Made by a program: the position numbers and the translations under genes
NCBI GenBank assembly: GCA_028826165.1
Contig: JAPDFW010000068.1
Span: 372,001-436,000 of the forward strand
Direction of reading: 5' to 3'
Source of the DNA: Anaeramoeba ignava BMAN
Lineage: Eukaryota > Protista > Anaeramoebae
DNA: 64,000 bases
The notes under the pieces: generated by a model
Seen by the model: the letters and a program-made list of their open reading frames with translations, nothing else
Told to the model about the DNA's origin: nothing
Database searches by the model: none
In this document: positions 1 to 10,904 of the stretch, piece by piece
How the letters are laid out: every line of letters begins with the position of its first letter
Position numbering within the stretch: position 1 is the stretch's first letter

Positions 1-3000
1 AAACGAATATTTATGATATTCTTAAAAATAGATACACAAAAACAGAACTTGAAGAAAGATTTCTTACTGAAAAAGATGAAATTATTTTGAAAAAAGATAT
101 TCCAGAAAGATTACAATTAGAAGAAAATGAAAAATTGAGAAATATAAGAAAATTTAGAGAAGAAGATTATTTAAAAGAAGCAGCATGGATTCAAACATAT
201 GGATTTCCTGAAAGAGCAACATCAGCATCTCTTCAAAAAAAGATATTAAATATATTAAAATTGATGGATAAAGAAAAATTAGAAATAGGATTTATCACGA
301 TGTATAGAAAAGAACAATATCTTTATGAATTGAAAAGATATGATTTATGGATACTTTATAAATGGAAACAAAAATATGAACATTTATGTTTAAGAAAAGA
401 ATTTTTTAAGAAAATGTATGAAGAAGTAATTGAAAGAGAAGAACAAGAAAAAGAAAAAGAAGAAAAAGAAGAATATGATGAGAATGAAAATGAAAATGAA
501 AGAGGAAGAAGATTTTTCACAAGAGAAGAACATGATGTTTTTGAACTTCTTGAAGAAAGCCAAAGTGAACAAGAAATTGATGATATTTATCAATATTTTC
601 AACTTAATCATGAAATTAATAAACAAAAGAAACAAACAACAAATATAAATAAAAGTAGATATTTAATTGGAATCAAACGACTTCGTAAACTTGCAGATGT
701 ATTTGGAATATCATCATTTAAATTTGGAATGAATTTAATTCATGGAGAAAGAGTTTATACACCACATGATTCTATTCGAGAGCCTGAAGATATTGCATTA
801 GATTTTCTATCAAGAGAATTCCCAACACGAGGAGAAGCATTAAGAGGAGCAAGATATATCCTTGAACAAGAAATAATTTCTGATCCAAATATAAGATCAT
901 CATTAAGAATATTATTTAAGAAATTTGCAAGAATATCAACAGAACCAACAGAAAAAGGAAAAAAAGAAATTGATACATTTCATATTTATGGAAATTTAAA
1001 ACTTATCAAAGAAAAACCAAGCAAAGCATTTAATGATGAACAATTTTTATGGATTGTTAAAGCTGAAAAAGAAGGATTTATTAATATTAAAATTGAATTA
1101 CCTATTAAAGCAATTTCAAATAATGATTTAAATGAAAATGATGAAGATGAAGATGAAAATGATGAAGAAGATGAAGATTTAGAACTTGATTTAGAAAATA
1201 ATAAAGAAAATGAAGAAAATATTAGAGATGATATTAATAATAATAATAATGATAGAAATAAAAATAAAAATAAAAATAGAAATAAAAATGAAAATGAAAA
1301 TGAAAAACAAAGAAAATATGAAGAAATTCAAAAACCAATGGAAGAATTGTATTTAAGCAAAGAAAAAACAGAAATAACAAAGAAATGGAATAAACAAAGA
1401 AGAATAATTATTCGAAATGTATTAAAGAAATTAATACCATATTTTGAGCAAGAATTAAAATTTATTTTAATATCAGAAACTATTGAACTTGTGAAAGAAA
1501 AATGTGGAACTAAATTAGAAGAAATGCTTTTATCAGGAGCATTTATACCATCAAATTATCCAAATAAACAAGAAAATAATATTCCAAAACTTTTCCCAGA
1601 AGATTCTATTGAATATCCAGATCTTCAAGAACAAGAAATATTAAGAATGAATAAAAAAAGAAATAAAATGAGTTATAATGAAAATCAAAATCAAAATCAA
1701 AATCAAAATCAAAATGATGGATGGAATTCAATTAATGAAAATGAAAATGAAAATGAAAATGATGGATGGAATTCAACAGAAACTCAAAATAATAACAATG
1801 ATGGATGGAATTCAATCAATAATAATGAAAATGAAAATGAAAATGATGGATGGAATTCAACTGAAAATGATAAAAAAACTGAAAATAAAGATTTAGGATG
1901 GAATTCAACTGAAAATGAAAATAAAACCGAAAATCAAGATTTAGGATGGAATTCAACTGAAAATGATAAAAAAACTGAAAATCAAGATTTAGGATGGAAT
2001 TCAACTGAAAATGAAAATAAAACCGAAAATCAAGATTTAGGATGGAATTCAACTGAAAATGATAAAAAAACTGAAAATAAAGATTTAGGATGGAATTCAA
2101 CAGAAATTGATAATAAAACTGAAAATAAAGATTTAGGATGGAATTCAACAGAAATTCAAAATAATAGCAATGATGGATGGAATTCAACAGAAAATAATAA
2201 TAAAACCGAAAATCAAGATTTAGGATGGAATTCAACAGAAATTCAAAATAATAACAATGATGGATGGAATTCAACTGAAAATGATAAAAAAACTGAAAAT
2301 AAAGATTTAGGATGGAATTCAACTGAAAATGATAATAAAACCGAAAATAAAGATTTAGGATGGAATTCAACTGAAAATGAAAATAAAGATTTAGGATGGA
2401 ATTCAACTGAAAATGATAAAAAAACTGAAAATAAAGATTTAGGATGGAATTCAACTGAAAATGATAATAAAGATTTAGGATGGAATTCAACTGAAACTGA
2501 TAATAAAACCGAAAATAAAGATTTAGGATGGAATTCAACTGAAAATAATAACAATGATGGATGGAATTCAACAGAAAATAATAATAATAATAATAATAAT
2601 AATAACGAATTACAAGAAGAAATCAAAAATGAAAATGATGAAAAAAAAGATATTTATGGAAAACCATTTGAGAAAAACAAAGGATTTAGAATTATTGGAT
2701 GTTCTTATCTATCAAATAATTTACCACTTGGATTATCATTGATAAACGAAAAAGGAAATTATGTAGATTCAATTAAACTTAAATATTTCTTGAAAAGAGA
2801 TCAAGGAATAAATGTTCGAGAAATAGATAAACAAAGAAAACAAAAAGATATTTTGAAATTAATTAAATTTATCAAAGAATGCAAACCACATGTTATTGTT
2901 ATTGGAACAAATTCATTAATTTGTCGTAAAATATATGATGATATTTTAGTACTTATAAAAACCAAAATCAAAAAAGATATTCAAGTTACATTTATTGAAT

Positions 3001-5852
3001 CTGATGTTGCACAAATTTATAGCAATAGTAAAAAATCCGAAGAAGAATTCCCAACAAAAAATGTTGTAATTCGACATTCAATTAGTTTAGCAAGAAGATT
3101 ACAAAATCCAATTCTTGAAATATCAGGACTTGTTTACAAAACAGTAAACAATGCAGTTTATCTACCATTACATCCACTTAAGCATTTCATTCCCAAAAAA
3201 GAATTAAAACAAATTCTAATATGGAAAATTGTAGATGTTGTAAGCCAAGTAGGAATAGATATTGATAAAATACAAGAACAACCACAAATAGCGAATATAT
3301 TACCATTTATTCCAGGATTGGGAGTAAGAAAATCACAATATATAATAAGACAAATTGCAAACAAAAAATATATCAATTCAAGAGAAAGTTTTTATGAAAC
3401 AGAAATTGTTTCAGAAAATGTATTTCGAAATTGTTCAGGATTTATTCGATTCAAAAATAGTTCAGAACCATTAGATAAAACAAGAATACATCCAGAAAAT
3501 TATACACTTGCTAAGAAAATATGTGATGAATGTTATGATATTGCGATGAAAGAAAGAGAAACAAATAGAAATGATATTGGAACAATAGATGATTATGAAG
3601 ATGAAGATGAAAATGAAGAAAATGAAGATGAAATGGTTGTTAGAAGATTTGGAGATGATTATGATTATGAAGAAAATTATGAAGAAAACATTGAAAGAAG
3701 AAAAAAAACAATTACAAATGAAGAAAAAGAAATTCGTAAAAAAACTAGATTTATTATGGATCATCCAGAAATACTCAATAAATTAGATTTAGAAACATTT
3801 GCTAAAAAACTTGTTGAAGAAAATGTATGGGAAGTCGAAAAAATGGAAACAATCAAATTAATCAAAAATGAACTTAGTAATCCATTTGCAGATCCAAGAT
3901 TCAAATATCAAGATTTAACACCCAAAGAATTATTTTATTTACTTTCAGGAGAAACTGAAGAAACTTTAAAAGAAGGATGTTTAGTTGAAGCAACAGTTTT
4001 CAAAATTATAAATGAAAAAGGAATTTATTGCAGACTTACAAATGGATTAACTGGATTTATTCATAAAAGAAATTTAACAATAGAAAAAAAAGAAGAAGAT
4101 AAAGAAAAAGATAAAGATAAGGAAGATAACAGAAGAGAAAGAAGAAGAAAAGAAGATATTGAACTTGATAAAATTATCAAAGTTGGAGAAGTATTAATAT
4201 GCAAAGTAATGAGTATTAAAGAAGATAGATTTTTGATTGAATTAACAAGTAAAAAAGAAGAAGTTGAATCTAAAGAAAATATGATGATGGGAATAACTGA
4301 AGAATATTTTGATAGAAACAAAGAAGAAAAGATGATTGAAGAGAAATTAAAAGTACAAGAAGATAAAAGAATATATCAACCAAGAGCAATAGTTCATCCA
4401 TATTTCAAAAACATAACATATCAACAAGCAGAAAGTTTTCTTAAAGATAAACCAAGAGATTCATTAATTTTTAGACCAAGTTCCAAAGGAATTAATCATC
4501 TTACACTTTCTTGGAAATTTAATGATGAAATTATATTACATGAAGATGTTATTGAAGAAGATAAAGCAAATCCATTTGTTATTGGAAAAGTTTTGATTAT
4601 TAGAAACCAGAAATATGATGATTTAGATGAAATCAAAGCAGGATTTGTTGAAACAATAAGTAGTTATGTTGATGATATGCTTGAATTTAATTCATTTAAA
4701 AATATTGAAGATGAAGAAGAAATTGAAAAAGAATTGAAAAAAGAAAAAGAAAATAATCCCAAAAGAATACCATATTTTATTGTGAATTCAAAGAAATATG
4801 GAGGAAAATTTGAATTTTGTTTTCTTCCAAACACAACAGTGAAAAAAGTATATATTTCAATTTCACCAAATGGATTCCAAATATTTGATAAAGTTTTTAC
4901 AGAATTAGAAGAACTTGTAAAATATTTCAAAAGAAAATATCAAGAATCAACACAACCCAAACAAACAAGAAAAAGAAACTTAAAAAATGAAACAATTCCA
5001 AAAGGAAGAAATGAAGAAGAAACACAAAAATATGAAACACAAAAACGAGCAAGAGAAAATATAAGAAGAGATAAAGAAAATACAAGAAATGAAAGTATTG
5101 GAAGATATGGAAATAATATTGAAATACCAGAAATAACAGGAATTGGAAGACAAACAATATTCACACCTCAAAATTCAATAATACCATCTTTAAGATCACA
5201 AATACCATTACAACAATTACCACCAATACATGGAGCAATTCCATCAATTATACCAAGACAAATATTAACAACACCACAACCACAATTACAATTACAATTA
5301 CAATCACAATTACAATTACAACAACCACAACAACAAATTTTAATTCCAAAACAACAAACATTACAAACACAAAATTTTGCAAGAATACCACAAAATAATA
5401 TATTTTTGAATAATCAACAAATTGATAGAAGAAATCAATATAATAGTAATAATACTAATAATAATAATAATAATACTAATATTAATAATGAATGGAATAA
5501 TTCACAAAAACAACAAATTCCAAGATCAAGAGGATTTGAAAGAAAATATACAACAGATTCTTCTTCAACATCTCATCATCATCATCATCGCCATCATCAT
5601 CATAATAATCAAAATCAAAATCAACAACAAAATTCAAATACAAATACAAATTCAAATTCAAATTCAATTTTAAATCAACAAAAACAAAATCAAGAATTTG
5701 TTAGAAGAGGGAATTTTAGAGGAAAACCAAATCCAAGATATAAACAAGAAATTTCATATCAAAATTCACAAAGAAAATATCGAGATTTAGATAATCCAGA
5801 AAATAATCCAAATTATCAAGATTTTTCTCGATTTTCAAATTATAATAATTAA
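1..5852 (+). CDS. SPT6: Transcription elongation factor/histone chaperone Spt6 (5'-partial; frame open from position 3)
   Basis: Motifs ELEERFLTEKDEII..DIPERLQL, YqgF-like region (KPHVIVIG, ISLARRLQNP), HhH (LPFIPGLGVRK, LDKTRIHPENY), S1 domain (RLTNGLTGFIH), tandem SH2 (IVHPYF, IFRPSSKGINHLTLSWK, RIPYFI) and a low-complexity tail. No introns within the window. Confidence 0.95.
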   Translation, partial: TNIYDILKNRYTKTELEERFLTEKDEIILKKDIPERLQLEENEKLRNIRKFREEDYLKEAAWIQTYGFPERATSASLQKKILNILKLMDKEKLEIGFITMYRKEQYLYELKRYDLWILYKWKQKYEHLCLRKEFFKKMYEEVIEREEQEKEKEEKEEYDENENENERGRRFFTREEHDVFELLEESQSEQEIDDIYQYFQLNHEINKQKKQTTNINKSRYLIGIKRLRKLADVFGISSFKFGMNLIHGERVYTPHDSIREPEDIALDFLSREFPTRGEALRGARYILEQEIISDPNIRSSLRILFKKFARISTEPTEKGKKEIDTFHIYGNLKLIKEKPSKAFNDEQFLWIVKAEKEGFINIKIELPIKAISNNDLNENDEDEDENDEEDEDLELDLENNKENEENIRDDINNNNNDRNKNKNKNRNKNENENEKQRKYEEIQKPMEELYLSKEKTEITKKWNKQRRIIIRNVLKKLIPYFEQELKFILISETIELVKEKCGTKLEEMLLSGAFIPSNYPNKQENNIPKLFPEDSIEYPDLQEQEILRMNKKRNKMSYNENQNQNQNQNQNDGWNSINENENENENDGWNSTETQNNNNDGWNSINNNENENENDGWNSTENDKKTENKDLGWNSTENENKTENQDLGWNSTENDKKTENQDLGWNSTENENKTENQDLGWNSTENDKKTENKDLGWNSTEIDNKTENKDLGWNSTEIQNNSNDGWNSTENNNKTENQDLGWNSTEIQNNNNDGWNSTENDKKTENKDLGWNSTENDNKTENKDLGWNSTENENKDLGWNSTENDKKTENKDLGWNSTENDNKDLGWNSTETDNKTENKDLGWNSTENNNNDGWNSTENNNNNNNNNNELQEEIKNENDEKKDIYGKPFEKNKGFRIIGCSYLSNNLPLGLSLINEKGNYVDSIKLKYFLKRDQGINVREIDKQRKQKDILKLIKFIKECKPHVIVIGTNSLICRKIYDDILVLIKTKIKKDIQVTFIESDVAQIYSNSKKSEEEFPTKNVVIRHSISLARRLQNPILEISGLVYKTVNNAVYLPLHPLKHFIPKKELKQILIWKIVDVVSQVGIDIDKIQEQPQIANILPFIPGLGVRKSQYIIRQIANKKYINSRESFYETEIVSENVFRNCSGFIRFKNSSEPLDKTRIHPENYTLAKKICDECYDIAMKERETNRNDIGTIDDYEDEDENEENEDEMVVRRFGDDYDYEENYEENIERRKKTITNEEKEIRKKTRFIMDHPEILNKLDLETFAKKLVEENVWEVEKMETIKLIKNELSNPFADPRFKYQDLTPKELFYLLSGETEETLKEGCLVEATVFKIINEKGIYCRLTNGLTGFIHKRNLTIEKKEEDKEKDKDKEDNRRERRRKEDIELDKIIKVGEVLICKVMSIKEDRFLIELTSKKEEVESKENMMMGITEEYFDRNKEEKMIEEKLKVQEDKRIYQPRAIVHPYFKNITYQQAESFLKDKPRDSLIFRPSSKGINHLTLSWKFNDEIILHEDVIEEDKANPFVIGKVLIIRNQKYDDLDEIKAGFVETISSYVDDMLEFNSFKNIEDEEEIEKELKKEKENNPKRIPYFIVNSKKYGGKFEFCFLPNTTVKKVYISISPNGFQIFDKVFTELEELVKYFKRKYQESTQPKQTRKRNLKNETIPKGRNEEETQKYETQKRARENIRRDKENTRNESIGRYGNNIEIPEITGIGRQTIFTPQNSIIPSLRSQIPLQQLPPIHGAIPSIIPRQILTTPQPQLQLQLQSQLQLQQPQQQILIPKQQTLQTQNFARIPQNNIFLNNQQIDRRNQYNSNNTNNNNNNTNINNEWNNSQKQQIPRSRGFERKYTTDSSSTSHHHHHRHHHHNNQNQNQQQNSNTNTNSNSNSILNQQKQNQEFVRRGNFRGKPNPRYKQEISYQNSQRKYRDLDNPENNPNYQDFSRFSNYNN
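1714..2580 (+). repeat. Coding tandem repeat: 20 GWNS(T/I) motifs inserted in Spt6
   Basis: ggatggaattca recurs 20 times with variable spacers, in frame (DLGWNSTEN/NDGWNSTE). Confidence 0.95.
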
Positions 5853-5943
5853 ATAATTAATTAAAAAAAAATTAATTAAATAATTTAAAAAAAAATTTTT
5901 TTCATTTTTTTCATTTTTTTCTTTTTCTTTTTTTTAATAATAA

Positions 5944-8900
5944 ATGAATATTTCAAATTATCTTGCAAATACAAATTTAAATGAAAATTTAAATTCAAAT
6001 TCAAATGAAAATACAAATTTAAATTTAAATGAAAATACAAATTTAAATACAAATACAAATTTAAATTCAAATGAAAATTCAAATTCAAATACAAATACAA
6101 ATACAAATTTATATTTAAATTCAAATGAAAATAATTTAAATTTAAATGAAAATACAAATTTAAATACAAATACAAATTCAAATTTAAATACAAATACAAA
6201 TGAAAATATAAATGGAAATAATACAAATGAAAATTTAAATACAAATATAAATACAAATGAAAATTTAAATACAAATTTAAATGAAAATTTAAATTCAAAT
6301 TCAAATACAAATATAAATACAAATTCAAATGAAAATACAAATACAAATTTAAATAAAAATTTAAATTTAAATACAAATTTAAATACAAATTCAAATTTAA
6401 ATACAAATTTAAATACAAATACAAATGAAAATACAAATTTAAATTCAAATGAAAATACAAATTTAAATACAAATACAAATACAAATTTATATTTAAATTC
6501 AAATGAAAATAATTTAAATTCAAATTTAAATTCAAATTTAAATACAAATTTAAATTCAAATGAAAATTCAAATTCAAATACAAATACAAATACAAATTTA
6601 AATACAAATTTAAATACAAATTTAAATTTAAATGAAAATAATTTCTTAATATCTAAAATTATTAAACAAAATAACTTAAATTTATTAAACCAAATTAAAA
6701 CAATTTCAGAAAAAGATTTTGAAAAACAAAATAAACCAATTTTAAATTTTGCAATAGAAAAAAAAGTTTCAAAAGAAATGATTGAAAAATTAATTGAAAA
6801 AGGAGCTAAAATAAATTCAGTTGATAAATTAAGAAGAAATTGTTTACATATTGCAATTATCAAAAATTTTCAAATTGAATTTGTTAAATTTTTAATTTCC
6901 AAAGGAGTTAATTTCAATTCAAAAGCAAAACAAAATAAAACAGCTTTACATTTTGCTTGTCAAAAAAATAGTTCATTTGAAGTTATTAAATACCTAATTT
7001 CAAAAGGAATTGATATAAATGCAAAAACAACTCAAAATCAATCAATTTTACATTTTGCTTGCCAAAAAAAACCAATCGAAATGATTCAATATTTAGTTTC
7101 CAAAGGAGTTGATTTAAATGCAAAAACAAATCAAAATGAAACAGTTTTACATTACGCATGTCAAAGTAATTCACTTCAAGTTATCAAATATTTAATTTCC
7201 AAAGGAGTTGATTTAAATGCCAAAACAAATCAAAACAAAACAGTTTTACATTATGCATGCCAAAATAATTCACTTGATGTTATAGAATACTTAATTTCAA
7301 AAGGAATTGATTTAAACGCAAATACAGATGAAAACAAAACAGTATTACATTTCGCATGTCAAGATAATTCACTTGATGTTATAGAATACTTAGTCTCACA
7401 AGGAATTGATATAGATTCTAAAACCAAAAACAATAGAACTCCTTTACATTTTGCTTGTCAAAAAAATAATATCAAAGTTATCAAATATTTAGTTTCCAAA
7501 GGTGCTGATTTAAATTCAAAAACAAGCCAAAATGAAACAATATTACATTTTGCATGTCAAAATAATTCACTTGAAATTATTGAATACTTAATCTCAAAAG
7601 GAATTGATATTAATGCGAGAACAAATGAAAATGAAACAGCATTACATTTTGTTTCACAAAAAAATTCATGTAAAATTATTGAATATTTACTTTCTAAAGG
7701 AATTGATATCAATTCTAAAACAAAAACAAGTAGAACTCCATTTCATTTTGCATGTCAGAAAAATTCAATTCAAGTTATCAAATATTTGATTTCTAAAGGA
7801 ATTGATATTAATGCCAAAACAATTAAAAATGAAACAGGATTACATTTAGCATGCCAGAAAAACTCACTTAAAACTATCAAATTCCTAATTTCACAAGGAT
7901 TAGATATTAATGCAAAAACAAATCAAAATGAAACGGTATTACATTTTGCATGTCAAAGTAATTCAATTCAAGTTATCAAATATTTAATTTCACAAAGAAT
8001 TGATATTAATTCTAAAACAAAATTCAATGAAACAATTTTACATTTTGCATGTCAAAAAAATTCAATTCAAGTTATCAAATATTTGGTTTCTAAAGGAATT
8101 GATATTAATTCTAAAACAAATCAAAACAAAACACCATTACATGTTGCATGTCAGAAAAACTCAGTTGATGTTATCAAATATCTAATTTCTAAAGAAGCTA
8201 ATATTAATTGCAAAACAAATCAAAATGAAACATCATTACATTTTGCATGTCAAAATAATTCAGTTGAAGTTATTCAATATTTGATTTCCAAAGGAGTTGA
8301 TATTAATGCCAAAACAAAATTTTGGAATAAAACAGCATTACATGTTGCATGTCAGAAAAATTCACTTGAAGTTATTCAATATCTAATATCACAAAAATTA
8401 GATATCAATGCAAAAACCAATAGAAACGAAACAATTCTTCATTTCGCATGTCAAAACAATTCAGTTGAAGTTATTGAATATTTAATTTCCAAAGGATTAT
8501 ATATCAACGAAAAAACAAATTTCAATCAAACAGTTTTACATTTTGCAAGTGAAAAAAATTCAGTTGATGTTATCAAATATTTATTTTCAAAAGAAATTGA
8601 TATAAATGCAAAAACCTATTGGAACGAAACAACACTTCATATTGCATGTAAACACAATACAGTTGAAGTTATTGATTATTTAATTTCCAAAGGACTTGAT
8701 ATTAATCAAAAAACAAGTCAAAATGAAACACTTTTACATTATGCATGCCAAAGCAATACAGTTGAAGTTATCGATTATTTAATTTCCAAAGGACTTGATA
8801 TTAATTGCAAAACCAATAGAAATGAAACAGTTTTACATTTTGCATCAAAAAACAATTCAATTCAAGTTATTGATTATTTAATTTCCAAAGGACTTGATAT

Positions 8901-10839
8901 TAATTGCAAAACGAACAGAAATCAAACAATATTACATTTAGCATGTCAAAATAACTCTATTGAATTTATCAAATATTTAATATCAAAAGGAGTTGATATA
9001 AATGCTAAAACAATAGAAAATCAAACAGCATTACATTTTGCATGTAGATTTAATTCACTTGAAATTATCAAATATCTAATATCACAAGGAATTGATATTA
9101 ACGCAAAAACCAATAAAAATGAAACAGCATTACATTTTGTTTGTTTATTCAATAATTCAGTTGAAGTTATCAAATATCTAATATCACAAGGAATTGATAT
9201 GAATGCAAAAACCAATAAAAATGAAACAGTTTTACATATTGCAAGTCAAAAAAATTCACTTGAAGTTATTCAATATTTAATATCACAAAAAATTGATATT
9301 AATGCCAAAACCAATGAAAATGAAACAGCATTACACTTTGCATGCCAAAATAATTCATTTGAAGTTATCAAGTATTTAATATCACAAGGAATTGATATTA
9401 ATGCTAAAACCAACCAAAATGAAACAGCATTACATATTGCATGTCAAAAAAATTCAATCAAAGTTATCAAATATTTGATTGAAAAAGGAATTGATTTAAA
9501 TGCCAAAACCAATGAAAATCAAACAGCATTACATTTTGCATGTCAAAAGAATTCAATCAAAGTTATCAGATATTTAATTGAAAAAGGAATTGATATTAAT
9601 TGTAAAACTGATGAAGATCAAACAGCATTACACATTGCATGTAAAAACAATTCATTACAAGTTATCAAGTATTTAATATCACAAGGAATCAATATTAATG
9701 CGAAAACCAATGAAAATGAAACAGCATTACATATTGCATGTCAATGTAATTCATTTGAAGTTATCAAATATTTAATATCCAAAGGAATTGATATTAATGC
9801 TAAAACATATTGGAATGAAACAGCACTACATTTTGCATGTGAAAATCAAAATAATTCAATCAAAGTTATCAAATATTTAATATCCAAAGGAGTTGATATT
9901 AATGCAAAAACAAGTAAAAATGAAACACCACTTTCAATATCAATCCAAAATCAAAATCAAAAAGCAACACAATTATTATTAATGAATGATGTAAATATTT
10001 TTGATTTAGAAGAAGAAGATGAAGAAATGATGAAAGAATTTATTGAAATATTTACACAAATTTATTCAATTAATGAAGATATGAATAATTTTTTAAAATT
10101 AAATTTAAATGGAGTTTTTTCAGATTTCCAAATTATAAGCAAAGATTCTTTTGTATTTAATGTTAATAAATTAATTTTATTAAGAAGATTTGATAACGAT
10201 CGAATCATTTTCCAAAAATTTATTAATATTTGCAAATTAAAACCAAAAAAAGAAGTTGAAATTATTTTAAACTTTCTTTATACAGGATTTCCAGATTTTC
10301 AAGAACTTCAAAACAAATTAAATTTAAATTTAAATGAAATTCAATTTCCAAATGAAAAAAAACAAGAAGAACAAAAACAAGAACAAAATGAATTAAATGA
10401 AAAAGAAAATAAAATTACAGAATTTTTGAAAGAAATTGGAATTGAATTGAATTGGATAAAACAGAAAAAAGGAAGAAAAGGAATATTAAAAGATTTAACA
10501 AAATTATATGAAGAAGAAATAACAAAAGATTTTACAATAATTGTTTCAGAAAAAGAAATCAAAGTTCATAAATTAATATTGATAATAAGAAGTGAATTAT
10601 TCAAAGGAATGTTTGAATTAAATGTTCAAGATTCTTCAAACCAAGTTCATGATTATTCAAGAAAATCATTTGAAACAATTCAACAATTAATTTATTTTTT
10701 TTATCATGATGATTTAGAAGAAGATAAAATTAATGAAGAAATTATTATTCAAGAACTTGAAGATGTAAAAGATTATTATCAATTAAATCCAAATTCAATA
10801 ATTGATTTAATTTTATTTCATCAAACCAAAGATTTTTAA
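5944..10839 (+). CDS. Intronless ankyrin-repeat (about 30) protein with C-terminal tandem BTB/POZ-like domains and an N-terminal Asn-rich tract
   Basis: 33-aa repeats (ETxLHFACQxNSxEVIKYLISKGIDINAKT); C-terminal SDFQII..FNVNKLILLRRF and KDFTIIVSEKEIKVHKLILIIRSELFKGMF BTB signatures. Confidence 0.9.
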   Translation: MNISNYLANTNLNENLNSNSNENTNLNLNENTNLNTNTNLNSNENSNSNTNTNTNLYLNSNENNLNLNENTNLNTNTNSNLNTNTNENINGNNTNENLNTNINTNENLNTNLNENLNSNSNTNINTNSNENTNTNLNKNLNLNTNLNTNSNLNTNLNTNTNENTNLNSNENTNLNTNTNTNLYLNSNENNLNSNLNSNLNTNLNSNENSNSNTNTNTNLNTNLNTNLNLNENNFLISKIIKQNNLNLLNQIKTISEKDFEKQNKPILNFAIEKKVSKEMIEKLIEKGAKINSVDKLRRNCLHIAIIKNFQIEFVKFLISKGVNFNSKAKQNKTALHFACQKNSSFEVIKYLISKGIDINAKTTQNQSILHFACQKKPIEMIQYLVSKGVDLNAKTNQNETVLHYACQSNSLQVIKYLISKGVDLNAKTNQNKTVLHYACQNNSLDVIEYLISKGIDLNANTDENKTVLHFACQDNSLDVIEYLVSQGIDIDSKTKNNRTPLHFACQKNNIKVIKYLVSKGADLNSKTSQNETILHFACQNNSLEIIEYLISKGIDINARTNENETALHFVSQKNSCKIIEYLLSKGIDINSKTKTSRTPFHFACQKNSIQVIKYLISKGIDINAKTIKNETGLHLACQKNSLKTIKFLISQGLDINAKTNQNETVLHFACQSNSIQVIKYLISQRIDINSKTKFNETILHFACQKNSIQVIKYLVSKGIDINSKTNQNKTPLHVACQKNSVDVIKYLISKEANINCKTNQNETSLHFACQNNSVEVIQYLISKGVDINAKTKFWNKTALHVACQKNSLEVIQYLISQKLDINAKTNRNETILHFACQNNSVEVIEYLISKGLYINEKTNFNQTVLHFASEKNSVDVIKYLFSKEIDINAKTYWNETTLHIACKHNTVEVIDYLISKGLDINQKTSQNETLLHYACQSNTVEVIDYLISKGLDINCKTNRNETVLHFASKNNSIQVIDYLISKGLDINCKTNRNQTILHLACQNNSIEFIKYLISKGVDINAKTIENQTALHFACRFNSLEIIKYLISQGIDINAKTNKNETALHFVCLFNNSVEVIKYLISQGIDMNAKTNKNETVLHIASQKNSLEVIQYLISQKIDINAKTNENETALHFACQNNSFEVIKYLISQGIDINAKTNQNETALHIACQKNSIKVIKYLIEKGIDLNAKTNENQTALHFACQKNSIKVIRYLIEKGIDINCKTDEDQTALHIACKNNSLQVIKYLISQGININAKTNENETALHIACQCNSFEVIKYLISKGIDINAKTYWNETALHFACENQNNSIKVIKYLISKGVDINAKTSKNETPLSISIQNQNQKATQLLLMNDVNIFDLEEEDEEMMKEFIEIFTQIYSINEDMNNFLKLNLNGVFSDFQIISKDSFVFNVNKLILLRRFDNDRIIFQKFINICKLKPKKEVEIILNFLYTGFPDFQELQNKLNLNLNEIQFPNEKKQEEQKQEQNELNEKENKITEFLKEIGIELNWIKQKKGRKGILKDLTKLYEEEITKDFTIIVSEKEIKVHKLILIIRSELFKGMFELNVQDSSNQVHDYSRKSFETIQQLIYFFYHDDLEEDKINEEIIIQELEDVKDYYQLNPNSIIDLILFHQTKDF

Positions 10840-10904
10840 TTTTTAATTTTTAATTTTTCATTTTTCATTTTTCATTTTTCATTTTTCATTTTTCTTTTTT
10901 TAAA

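Noticed and set aside
1714-2580. Regularly spaced ggatggaattca repeats resembling a CRISPR array
   Set aside because: In-frame coding repeat in a eukaryotic gene; the spacers are themselves repetitive and there are no cas genes.
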